In this document: piece by piece, positions 1 through 11,777 of the stretch
Layout: each line of letters opens with the position of its first letter
Numbering within the stretch: position 1 is the first letter of the stretch
Source of the DNA: Mizuhopecten yessoensis
Lineage: Eukaryota
DNA length: 51,898 nt
Direction of reading: 5' to 3'
Assembly (NCBI RefSeq): GCF_002113885.1
Contig: NW_018479811.1
Span: 1 to 51,898 of the forward strand
The notes under the pieces: generated by a model
Told to the model about the DNA's origin: nothing
What the model saw: only the letters and a program-made list of their open reading frames with translations
The model's database searches: none
Translations under genes and position numbers: made by a program

Positions 1-48
1 TATTAATATTATATGGAGTTTGGTAGGATAATATAATGTCTAAGTAGC

Positions 49-97
49 AGTGACGTTTCAGGAGAAATCGTATTACAATGGCAAACTGGCGGAAGTG
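49..97 (+). promoter_or_regulatory. Conserved proximal motif block: TGACGT (CRE-like), TTCAGGAGAA (TTC-N4-GAA, STAT-like), GCGGAAGTG (ETS-like)
   Basis: AGTGACGTTTCAGGAGAA is identical upstream of all four A ATGs (about 49, 24420, 37104, 47161), even in the more divergent A2. Function is inferred only. Confidence 0.3.
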
Positions 98-144
98 AAC
101 ATCAGTTTATGTTTGTGATTATATTCAACCACTCAACGCCACAC

Positions 145-299
145 ATGGCTATCCCCAGACAAGATGGTATACAGGATATCAATGCTGACCTACTTGATGA
201 TGTTTCGAACCAACCACCACCACTTCCTCCAAGAAAACCATTGAAAACTCAAGTGAAACTTACTGAAGAACAACATCGAAATAGAAAATCAAATCCCAG
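145..299 (+). CDS. Gene A1 exon 1 (MAIPRQDG...PPPLPPRKP...NP); proline-rich N-terminal exon of a ~686-aa IDR + NHL propeller protein
   Basis: ATG at 145 is conserved in all four A copies (an in-frame upstream ATG at 109 is an alternative start). Donor CCCAG|GTATGT at 299/300. Length 155 nt (phase 2), identical in all A copies and in frame with exon 2. Confidence 0.8.
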
Positions 300-1532
300 G
301 TATGTCAATTGTTTTATTAATCAAAAGTATACTACTATTTTAAATAAGCAACGAACGAATATACAAAATATGTAAGAGTAAATGTTTGAGGATTCATTGA
401 AGACGCATCTTTCTAAACGTGTCACATACTTGTAAGTGTGGTACCTTTTAGGAATACTGGAGCATTCCATTGCGAGTTATTGTTAAGTACGAACCACATC
501 GTTTGAGCACACTTATTACATGTACGAAATCGTGCTTGAAAAGAAGTCAATTTGAAATTAAAAAGGGGAATGTGTGGAAAAAGAGTTGGATAGGCCCAAT
601 AAGGTTTGCTATCAATGTGTTCAGCTGTAGAAAACTAATTTCGTTAATCCCTGGACGTTCGTTGCAAAAGCATTTTACTCTGGAGAACAGTGTTAATGTG
701 TGTTCACTGTAGAAAAATAATTCACGGTCCTGTAGAGTTATAAACGGGTGTCACTTTGGAGTACGAATTCGATATATTTTCTGTGCTTCAAAAGGTGTTT
801 TACTGTATATAATGAACTATATAAGGGTATGGAAAACCAATCTCCTACAAGTGTCCCTTGCGCTTCGCTTCATTCTCATAGTAAACACAACATATTAAAA
901 ACCCCACAAAAAACGACACACAACGAATCCATACGAGACTGTTCGCTCACAATAGTGCAGTAATATATAGAAATAAATTGTATAAAATAGTTTTGTGTAT
1001 TAAATAGTGTTTTGGAGAATGTGGTATTACGTAGAAATAAATGCCTTAAGTACAGGAAAAGACAAATGTATAGTGATATTCATCATCGATAAGTTATGAA
1101 ATATATTGTGGTGAAGTTAAAAGTTAAGGTTCAATTTACGGATCACTATTGCAAACGACCAATACAACTTTATATATAATGTACGATAGGTTTCTTTTTT
1201 ACTATTCAATAATTCAGAAAACGACTCTTAAAATTGATTGTAAGGGGAAACTATTCTTCTTCTCTAATTCTGTTAGCACTCTTTTTCCTTAAAAAATTAT
1301 AGACATTTTATAACGTTTACATTACGTTCATAAACATGATAACCTTTATTAACGTATGCTTAAAACAATACATAATAACCAAAAATACAAGGTCTCGTTT
1401 CCGAATTGTACATATGAATTTTTATATTTAATTGAGGATTTAGATATGATTTGAACTGCAATAGACATATTCTGTAGACATAATTTATGTAGTATGTTGC
1501 TGATTCATATTTTGTGTTTGTTTTCCATATAG

Positions 1533-2874
1533 ACTGCCAAAAACCGTAAACTTAATGACCTTTCCAAACGACAATGAAGACACAAATAAATTAGCAGCAA
1601 GCTGGGATGTCTCTACTGAAAATACATTCGATAACATCATTCCAGAATGTACCCTTTTAAACCTAAGTGGCAATTCTGAAACCAACGAAACACACCACAA
1701 GACTTACTGTGGATTAGAAACAAACATGTCCGACAGCCTTGACAAGTATTTTATTGGCGATTTGTTCAAGAAATCTTCTGACTTGGATTCAGAAACAAGA
1801 CCCAGACTTTATACACCTGCTTTTAGTACATGTATCAAAGGTATTGAGGCCGTAAAATCTGCAAACAGTGTCGATTTACCAACACTGCCGGGAGAAAAAC
1901 AAAACAAAAGTGATGGTTTGGAAGTGGTAGATTCTAAGAAATCCATCACACACCTCACGAATACACCGTCACAGTCGTCGAAACCTAACAAAATGAAGTC
2001 GGACTCGGCAAGATTTAAAAGGTCGAGGTTGATTTTGACAGACTGCTTCGGAGAAAACAGTTTGTATACATTAGACCATATGAATCCAAAACTCACAGTA
2101 GAAAACGTTCAGGATAGTGACACTGAATCTGAAGAAACAGATGATATTTGGGACACGCCGACACCTAGACAACATTACGTGTATTTAAAAAAGCTCAGAG
2201 AACTGGAACAAGAAGTGAACCAAATAGAACAGCTTCAGAAAGATATAAGTTCAACCGAAACTCTGAAAATATCAAACATACATCGTCCTAAGTTTTCCTC
2301 TCAGCGATCATTGAGCGATAGCGATATCTATATTTCGTTGGATTTTGAAGACAACATGGTAGGTCAAGATATCCCTAAAGAAGGGATTGTAGTCCAAAGT
2401 GATAATCATGACATGAAAAAAACCGCGAGCATAGACAATATCAACAGATGGACAAAAAAGGTCGGATCTAGTACAACAAAACATGATCCACCTAGTATGG
2501 GAGCATCATCAAGCTTTGAAAATATCAAAACCAAGCCCACCAAGCTGTGTGGAAGAATAACTAAACGCGATAAAGACAATTCGGATGGAACATCTCAAAA
2601 ACTTTCAATCAAAGAAGACGCCCGGGCGGAGCTCTCATGTCCCTGTGAAAGACCGTGTGGACATGTTGAAAGGTTGGCGACAACACAAGGAGGTTTCATC
2701 TATGTTTCCTTCAAACAGTGTTCATGGGTTTCTTTGTACGACAATAAATACGAGAGAGTGTACCAGTTTGATACACCTGGCCGGGTGGATAGTCTGGCGG
2801 TGTCTTCCACCGGAGTCCTCTATGTCTCTTGTCCTTATCAGAAGAAGATTTGCATGTTGTCATCAAACCTTCAG
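1533..2874 (+). CDS. Gene A1 exon 2: long Ser/Asp/Thr-rich disordered region, short coiled coil, first blades of an NHL-like propeller
   Basis: Acceptor TTTTCCATATAG|A at 1532/1533 gives AG|A=Arg in frame with ORF 1555..2940. Donor CTTCAG|GTATGC at 2874/2875, phase 0. Blade-like sequences LATTQGGFIYVS and LAVSSTGVLYVSCP. Confidence 0.88.
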
Positions 2875-4650
2875 GTATGCGTCGAAAGACTTAAAATACC
2901 ACTTTTTCAAATGATAAATGTACGATCCAAAGTTTTGTAAATGCTTGTCTAGGTTGCATGAACATTTTGTTCCTATATCCTGGTAATTTAAATTCTAGAC
3001 TTCTGCCTTTCATTTATTCTCTTATTATTCCTAATATGACGTATCTATGTAAAAGCTCTCAGTATTTTGTAGGATATTGCAGAATGATCTGATCTCTTCA
3101 TGAAGCAATAATATATAATTATTTTGTTATGACTATTTTGTATATGCATGAAAACATATAAATAGAAAATGATTAGCAATATAGAATTTGAAATATCAAT
3201 ATAATTGGATCTTTCCACAATAAAATACATGTATATGTTAGAATCTTCCTTGGTCTAATTTCATATCACACTGTACACATTTGCATTCACGTTCTTAATC
3301 TATATATAGTCTATAGTTAATTTTCTTTTTTAGAGTTGGCTATGGTCCATCTTGTTAAATGATACAATCATAATAATGTCATATCCTATACAACATTCAG
3401 GGACTTTTGTTTAAGAACATTTGTGTTACATGAACATGAAAAGTGATATTTACGTGACTTCGTCACGGCTAATATCCTTTTCTCAGGTTCTTATAATCGC
3501 ATGTTTATCTGAACAAAAGTAATTAATTGATAAATAGCAGATGAGATTAGTTTATGTCAAAGTTTTGATAAACACATCGTGACAAGAGACGCATGTGGCG
3601 TTTAGCTTAAAAATGTATGTAAAAGGCTACCTACATATTAAAAAATAAACTGTTTACCGTAGATAACATGCTCAACTTCAGTTAAATTAGTGGCCACCTT
3701 CCCTCGCCTCTAATCCATTTAACTTTCAGGAACACATATCTTCTCTTTTTGTTGTAATATTTTGACAGTATTTGATGTTTAGTGAAATAATCTGTGTATT
3801 TATTTGAGTGTGTATATTTTTCGTGTTTATTTATTAAACCCGAACATTTTCTAACCGCGATAATTTCCCGTTTGCAGTAATTATGTTGATGTTGTAACAA
3901 ACGGAACAGATAACAACATTACTAGATACGCGAGGAGTGACATAGTCGTGATCGTTTAGGCCTGCCACTCGTGAATATGAAAAAATATCGCAATAACTTT
4001 GAACTTTCGTCATTGCAAGTACCAGAGAGTTATTGTAGTGCATTATAGTAATACGATCTTTAATGAAAACAGGAAGGGACTCGATTGAATGTGCATATCT
4101 CAGTTTATATTAATGAACTTCTGACTTTCGTTTGAATTGTTGCAGTGTAGAAGGAGTTTACATATCAAATTTAAGTGAAGCCTACATGTAAACATTCTGT
4201 TCGATTTTAAGAAAAACAAAAATGCAGTAAAAGTATTGTTCAAAACTAACATATCATTTAGGATGGTGTCTGATACGAGATCATCACCTCTCAACAGTCT
4301 GCATTGGCTGTTAATAATAGCTTCCTGGTATTTTCGAGTTTGTAAACATCACCTGTCTGTATCTATAGCATGCCTATAACTTAAAGTCAAACCTGCCTTA
4401 AGCACCCGCCTTCAAATGCCAATTGTTTGCAACTTAAATCAAGTATGTCTTTGAAACTAATTTTGTATAGCTAGAGTAAAACCTGCAAGCTATTGTTTCC
4501 TTTCGTGATGACACTCAAGCATATATAAACTGCATACAAAAGGGGGCCAATGAATTGTGTAAGAGCAAAGATAAAACGCCACTGTTTCCTTGCAGATGTT
4601 AATTATGTTTTTTGTATCTCGCTGTCCATTGTTTATTTCCTTTCTTTTAG

Positions 4651-5214
4651 TTGACAGTTCTGCACTCTTTCATCAAATTGTATCCACGCGGAGTTGCTGT
4701 ATCACCGGACGACGGCACCCTGGTAGTCTGTATGGCGTCTACGGCTGAGGGGTATTCTATGCCAGGTCCTTCAAAGAACAGTTGTCTGATGCGATTTCAA
4801 GGCGAAATCCCCAACAAAGCCGGACAAATTGTGAACAAAAGAAATCATTTTGGATACCCAGTAAAGGTAATCATTAACATGAATGGATTTATATTAGTGT
4901 CAGATTTCGGTTTGAGATGTCTGTTTGTTTTGGATAAAGGGGGAAATATGTTGCAGACGTTTCCTTTACTAGGAGGAGTGCCACTGTGGCATATACATGC
5001 TCTTACAAGTAACTCCGTTAGCTCGTTCTACGTTGTTCAAGGAGGAGCTGGAACACTGTCAATCACACGACTAGGAGAATACCTAGGAACCTTCGAGGAG
5101 ACATCGACATCAACTAAGTATGAACGTTTAGTAAAACGTACAGTTGAAACGGCTTCAATGAATACGGAGGGGCAGATAGTTCTAGCATCTGGAAATGTCA
5201 TCACACTCGTTTAG
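4651..5214 (+). CDS. Gene A1 exon 3: NHL-repeat beta-propeller C-terminal blades
   Basis: Acceptor TTTCTTTTAG|TTG, phase 0. YPRGVAVSPDDGTLVV and FGYPVKVIINMNGFILVSDFGLRCLFVLDKGG match the NHL repeat pattern. Stop TAG at 5212-5214, a few codons earlier than in the paralogs. Confidence 0.88.
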   Translation: MTVLHSFIKLYPRGVAVSPDDGTLVVCMASTAEGYSMPGPSKNSCLMRFQGEIPNKAGQIVNKRNHFGYPVKVIINMNGFILVSDFGLRCLFVLDKGGNMLQTFPLLGGVPLWHIHALTSNSVSSFYVVQGGAGTLSITRLGEYLGTFEETSTSTKYERLVKRTVETASMNTEGQIVLASGNVITLV

Positions 5215-7328
5215 CTCGTATACTAGTAATAAGGTGCGAAAAATGTCAGATTTCTTTTTACTGGAAAACAGTGACAAAAGTTGTTCGCTCAATTAGTGTA
5301 AATATAAGGGCAGATTTTTGGGCAGATTAAGCAGCCGCACATCATGCTACTAATCTTTTATGGTACTGTATAGGCGACGAACAATGTTGGATGCAAGTCT
5401 ACTATTATGTGATTGTGTTGACAACATAAATAGAATCCTGCTTACAGATAGAACATCTTTTGCCAGGTAAAAAACGTATTAGGGGCAGGTGAGGGACTAA
5501 ATAGACAGGCAAAAGTGACGCCCTGTGGTATATTCATATACTGTGATGCTTATTTGGTTTTACGGAATAGTGTACTCATACTTGTTTATTTATACACTAA
5601 TCTATAATATTGTTTATTTACATCTCTCCCTTGTTCAGCTTAGTAAACTCTAACTGCGTTTAATTTTTCGTAAACGCAGAGAAAAAAAGTCTCGGCGGAT
5701 TGATATTTGTTTCAAATATGACGCCGTACACGCTTCAGAGAGATAACAGTCCAATGGCACCATCTAGATACAGAGAACATATTCGGAATCCATTAGGTGT
5801 AACTATACAACGAAATAATGCTGACAAACTTATTATTCCAAGGATGCACATTCTCATATTTTTTTGGCGGTAACGTCAACAATGGCGGCTTTGTTCTGAA
5901 ACATTCGACAGCGTCACTCCATGATCAGTGTATCACTGCGCGTACATGACGACCATTGAAAATAAACAGATTAGTTCGAAGAGCTTCTCACATTGCTTAA
6001 TTTAAAAAAAAAAAAACATGAAAGGAAAAAAATACTGTTCACTCATATATCGATGAGGATTCATTGGAACTATATTGAATCATTAACACACTTTCTTAAT
6101 GATTGACCTTCATTTTGCCGGCGTATACGGTAGTATAAACGCAGCTATTAATGAACATATTCTTTATTTAGTGCTAACGTGCACCATATAATATGTCCGT
6201 TGCCAACTTCGTTAATATTACCGTATACGCCGTCAAAACGATGTTCATTTCTTCAATGCATTAAACCAAATCTTGGTAAGAAATTGGGTTTAGAAATTAA
6301 ATCAATGATACTGTATATGATATGCATTTTATATATATTTCAAACGAACTTTATCATGTAGACTTGTTGTAAGAAAAAAGGTTTCATATCATCAACAGTG
6401 TTAGAAATATGCATGACGTGGTGGATATTTTTGTATAATAAAGATCTATAGCGAACATAATCGTATATTTCCAAAAAAGATGGCGTTCTGGAAACTGAAA
6501 AGAAAATATCAGATTACATAAGTGCTACATGTAATGATATTACTGGTAATACTGAGCAATTAATTTGGAGTATTCAAACATTGAATCATGAAGAAGCCGA
6601 TAATTGACAAAAAACATGTAAGAAATATACATAAATCGGCATTATTAAAGTTGTAACAGTATGTTTATTGAAAGAGTGGCATGTAACTAATTCATATACT
6701 CTTGATCATAAAACCTACATCAGTGTATATGTGTATATGTTACGAAGGAAAATAAACAAGGGAAATAATTTAACTGTTGTTGTTTGTTAATTCCAGATAT
6801 GAGAAGTAAATACTTCCTTATACACATACGCCGTTGGATATAAATGTACATGAACAGCCTCGATTATAGATAGATAGAGGATCGCAATGACACGTTTCAC
6901 TTATACTTTATAATATGTATACATGAAAAACAAAATGTAGACTTTATGGAATATTCTTGATAATCAGAATACGGCAAAGTGATATTTAAGATAGAAAAAT
7001 AAAATGAATAGAAACATATTGTCAACTTCGTAAATAATTTGGAACTTTGATGTTTTCATTTGCCAACAAATGCATGGTTAAATCCAGTTATAATGGCGTT
7101 AGCAATATTACATCTGAAATTGATATTTTTATCGAATTAACATTGATCTTCAAAGGTTAAGTTTTTAAGTCTTATGTCTTCACTTTAAGCATATAGATGC
7201 CCATACATCATAAAACCGTACCAATATACGCTTATGTGAATTTTTTAGACGTTTATAATTAGTTGTTAAATATGACAGATTCCTAAATACATAATATAAC
7301 ATAAAGTGATGAAGGTCTCTGGACAATA

Positions 7329-7696
7329 AAATGATTGTATTATTTGACATGCGTCCTGCTTGCTATTCTAGATCAATTAAAAGCATTAAGATTTTGGAGA
7401 CAGATATCAATTATTTTCGGTAATATGAATTTATATATTAAGTTATAAAATTATATTTTCAAACAATTTATCACAATGCAAGAAATTAATTTTGAGTGTC
7501 TGTTTCAGTGCGGAATGCAAGTGCTTATTCGTGTATTGTTTACAGTCATGTTATAGTATCCGTTTAATTATTAGGCGACGTAACATAACTTCCTTTTTTC
7601 TAGAACATTCCTATGCGGCAGACTTTCTGACTCTGACGACAATTTTAATTGATCTAGAATAGAAAGCAGGACATATATCAAATTGCACAATCATTT
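7329..7696. repeat. MITE-like foldback with ~54-bp inverted arms
   Basis: 7329-7382 is the imperfect reverse complement of 7643-7696 (...CTATTCTAGATCAATTAAAA / TTTTAATTGATCTAGAATAG...). Confidence 0.7.
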
Positions 7697-8274
7697 GTTA
7701 TAATTCCTTCAAAAAAAAAAAATCATTTTCAAATCCTTCTTTCCCTTGCAAATGGATAATGCTTTCAAGCATAACGTATATCTATAATGGACCTGTTGCC
7801 CTAAACTCAGTTGTTAAAATTCCAATAAGATTCTATCTGATGAAGACATGCGTATAGAAATTATCATTAATTGTTTAAGTTTATAAATTGATATAAATAC
7901 TGAAACTTATAACCATCAGACGATAAAGAGAGAATAGACCTCTTTAGCTAACTAAGCTCAAAGCTACTTTCCCAATGAGTCCGGATCAAAGGTCTAACAT
8001 TGTAAACACATGTTAAACATGTAGATGATCCTGATCACTGATTCCATCATTTGAGTCATCACCTCGTTTTGAAAGATATCCTACTTAAGTGCGGAAATTG
8101 CCACGAAATTTTAACGTTCTAAATATATATTCTTTATCTCTATGTGTACTATGAATTCGTGCTTAGTTTTCTCAAGACATTTATTTATATATATTTTTTA
8201 TAAATTGTTTTATCACATAATGTACTGTGTTATCCAGTGAATATACTCTTGTCAAAAACTCTTCAAATTTCATA

Positions 8275-8436
8275 TTAAATTATCTTACACTCGTTTTCAT
8301 TTACATGTAATATGTAATTGATGAAACTCGTCACGATTTTTCCATTTTAGCTCGCCAGAGGCTCGCTTAATTGATTTTTTTAGACACTTTTCATAAATCT
8401 CATATGAAATGGAAACTCATGTTAGATCCTTTATAT
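8275..8436. repeat. Degenerate long hairpin centred on CTCGCCAGAGGCTCGC (possible transposon terminus)
   Basis: Left arm TAAATTATCTTACACTCGTTTTCATTT...GATGAAA imperfectly complements right arm TTTCATAAATCTCATATGAAATGGAAACTCATGTTAGATCCTTTA. Confidence 0.4.
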
Positions 8437-9154
8437 AATGCTTGCTTTTTTGTCACGGATCAGTATCCATCACAAAGTCATTTTAAAATAGAACAGAAAA
8501 ATAATGTTTGCAATATTTGTTAAAATTTCACATTCATGTACCTTGACAATGTATGGCATCGATCTTTCCTATAGTTTGCAAATAGTGCTCGTGTAAGGTT
8601 TTCATTCACAGTAAATAGCAGTGACTGATATTCACTGATAAATGGCATTCCCAATATAAGAAAGATAAGGGAGGGAATTACCATACTTAATGAAAATATG
8701 AGTAAGTGTACACCAGTTAACAGACAAGGAAATAGAAAGTAATAGAAATATTGATACGCGTAAAACCACAGTTAGGTTTAGTCTGTCAGTAAAACCTGTT
8801 TCCGTCCCTTTGTCGCCTCAGTTCGTATGTGTATAATATGATATATTTATTATATACATCAAATTATTGTAAACTTCGGCAGAGCTGAACACTGAAGAGG
8901 CAGACCAATATGTAGTTCGTGTTTTTCTTTATCTTTCGACCGGTGACATTTTCGAAGAACCATTGAATTTTCTGTAAATGCTCGACCTTATGTCTAAGAT
9001 CAACATTTCCAATTTATACTTGATCCTCGGTTTCTACACGAAGAGTATCCATTGTCCAGAAGGATATATTTCATCAGGAAGTGCTAGCTAACATTTTGTG
9101 ATTAATATCAAGAGAGGATTACTCACATACCGTAGGAAACTAATCTCCCTCGAC

Positions 9155-9402
9155 ATGTTTGATCCCAAGTCCCCGGATCGTAGTGACTGGGATTCCAAAA
9201 GTACTCTAATACTCCAAGATAGTCCACCTCCTGTTCCACCAAGAAAGAAAATTGATCCGAAGTCCCCGGATCGTAGTGACTGGGATTACAAGGGTACTCT
9301 AATATTCCCAGATATTCCACCTCTAGTTCCACCAAAAAAGAAAATAACCAATCAAGTAACGATTCGAGACGTTCTGTATGAAGAGGATGTATTAAAGTGC
9401 AG
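9155..9402 (+). CDS. Gene B exon 1: two tandem 31-aa repeats each ending in PPxVPP(R/K)KK
   Basis: ATG at 9155. Donor TGCAG|GTATGT at 9402/9403. Length 248 nt, phase 2, as in the A genes. 93-bp direct repeat at 9161-9253 and 9254-9346. Confidence 0.75.
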
Positions 9403-10159
9403 GTATGTAAATGCTGATAAAATGTATAAGGATCGGCATTCATTTTGACGGCGCATGCCGTTACCTTGTAGTTTGAGTATATTCTGACTCAGTTTAAATG
9501 AAACACTACTTTGAGTTCCAATATACGTTGTTACCAATAAGGTGTAAATTGATAACGGGATTATATAGGCACCTTTCCCTTTCAGCTGTATTCTTCCTTT
9601 GTTTTGGAACACTTTAGACAAACACGTTTAATTCCTTTGGCTGAAAGTCCCAATACCAATGGTGTTTTTCTAGATTGGCAATGTCTGTAAGTAAAAAATG
9701 TGTTCTGTGTTCCCGTTTCTGTATCGCCTTTATATTATTTTTAACAGGCCCTGCCTTGCTACGTGTATTTAGTGATTCTTATACATGTATCTGAAGGATA
9801 TTCGATCGTTAAACAAAAACAACAACAATTTAATGACTGGAAATAAACAACAACTTAAACCCACCATATATGAAATATAATTCTTTAAGAAATTACAAAA
9901 TGGTAGTATACAAAGGGTGGGGTTGGGTAGGGGTTGGAGGGAAAGTTTAAAACTCTTCATTCACTGTCTGCCAACTCAAGCAATAGCAATGGTGTATCGC
10001 GTGACTGACATTGAGAAGACTACTTCGGTTTAAAAAAAAAAAAACGTTTTCTATTTTAGTTTTAATTAATAAAAAATAATGCTTTGTTCCGTGTGATATC
10101 ACCATGAGTGTGATAATAAATTGTATTGTATTGATTATTATATCTTTCATACATTTCAG

Positions 10160-11777
10160 TCGGGCAGGCCAAACCAATGCACAAAGAGTTTCGATCGATC
10201 TTATTACATTTGAGGACGAGCTAGAAGCTGGAGAATCGACACCAATCAGTTCCAAATGTTCCGAAAACTCGAGGAAATTGGATAGTAGAAATCCGGAACT
10301 TTTTCAGTCGATAAATGTCGCCAAGTCAGAAAAGAAACAAATCCAAGATACATCGAGCCGTGAATCATTCATGATAAATCTTGATATGTTTTTCAAAGAT
10401 GATTTGTTCAAATCCCCTTTTAATGCCGTCGATTCAGAGAGTAAAAATGTTCAGCAACCCTCTGAATTTTTCACCTTTTCACCTAAGGAAGGAACCTTGC
10501 AACATGTGAGTGACGATGCTGCCATGAATCCATTTACTTCAGTGACAGATGGTTTGATCTGGAATCCATTTAATCCAGCTACTTCTGAGGACGAGAGTGG
10601 CTATTTGGTACCCAAATCATCACAACAGTATGAAAGAGCTGCTTTTAATTCCGGAAACAACACACAATCAAGAGTGTCTGAACCGAGGAAATGGTCATCG
10701 AGTAATCCTTTTCAAAAGGAGAATTTTGCGTTTGAATTACAATTTCCTGACGACAACAAAATTGAAACACTCAACCCAAAAGCGTTCGAAAGCTGTCTAC
10801 TGNAACAATTTGGTCCATGGGAATATGATGACGTCATTTCATACAAAGGAAATTCTGGGCGACACGTGAGAGATGAATTGGTCTTGAATCCATTTGTTCC
10901 AGCTACTTCTGAAAACGAACAGACGAAAGAGACAAATGCATGTCAATATTCCATCGGTGGTGTTTTCGATTATTCAAGAATGCGTGAACATCAATAACGT
11001 AAACATAATGAAGACGAGAGTGGCTATTTCGTACCCAAATCATCACAACAGTATGAAAGAACTGCTTTTAATTCCGGAAACAACACACAATCAAGAGAAA
11101 AACACCAAAGAAAGGAGCTTTCAGACAACGAGGAAGACGACTACATACGGATGGGACCTGCAAGAAATACCGAGTTTTCCTGCGAGTACAAATCACACCA
11201 GAATAAAGTCGACGAAAACCAGCGACGCCATCAAAAAGCTGATTTAAAATCTGACACCGTCGAAAATACAGGAATATCCGACACCTGCCGTCGAAGTCTA
11301 TTGTCCCAACGTTCGCTTAGTGACAGCGCTATATATAAGGGAGTCGATGTTGACGACAACAAGACGCGAACCTGTGGGAAGTACGAGCACAGTGAAAGAA
11401 AGCAAGTGAAAACATCTTCAAGCAAAGATAACATTGAATGTAAAGCAAAAAGAAGCCTTTGGTCTCGAATAGCTAAATGTATTGTAAAAAACTCCAAACA
11501 AACATCTACAGAACATTTAAATTGGCAAACGAAGCTCGTTTGTGCATGTGGGGGTTCATGTGAACGAATAGACAGTTTGGCGTTATCATCAGATGGACAC
11601 ATATGGGTGTCGTTCCTCCACTGTTCCTGGGTATCAGTGTATGTCCACGAATACATTCCCGTTCGTAAGTTTGACGCTGGATGCATAGTTGACTGTCCAG
11701 CTGTATCCCCGGCTGGTGTGCTTTACATCTCTTGTCCAATGAAGAAGCAGATTCTGATGCTCTCCAAAAACCTCGAG
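10160..11777 (+). CDS. Gene B exon 2: motif-rich disordered region plus first NHL-like blades; one in-frame TAA at 10995-10997 (possible pseudogene or base error)
   Basis: Acceptor CATTTCAG|T gives AG|T=Ser in frame. ORFs 10104..10997 and 11151..11840 are in the same frame, separated only by one TAA. Donor CTCGAG|GTATGT at 11777/11778, phase 0. SQRSLSDSAIY and LYISCP are shared with the A genes. Single N at 10803. Confidence 0.75.

Noticed and set aside
1809-2096. Antisense ORF repeated at 28622-28909 (and similar shadow ORFs such as 2585-2914, 11231-11686, 41568-41816)
   Set aside because: Shadows of the real exons; conservation is explained by paralogy of the sense gene.
1533-5214. Assigning TRIM2/TRIM3/TRIM71/brat gene symbols
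   Set aside because: Only the NHL-like propeller is shared; no RING, B-box or filamin domain is visible.
7838-7865. CTGATGAAG...GAAA hammerhead-like boxes
   Set aside because: No convincing stem II or stem III pairing.
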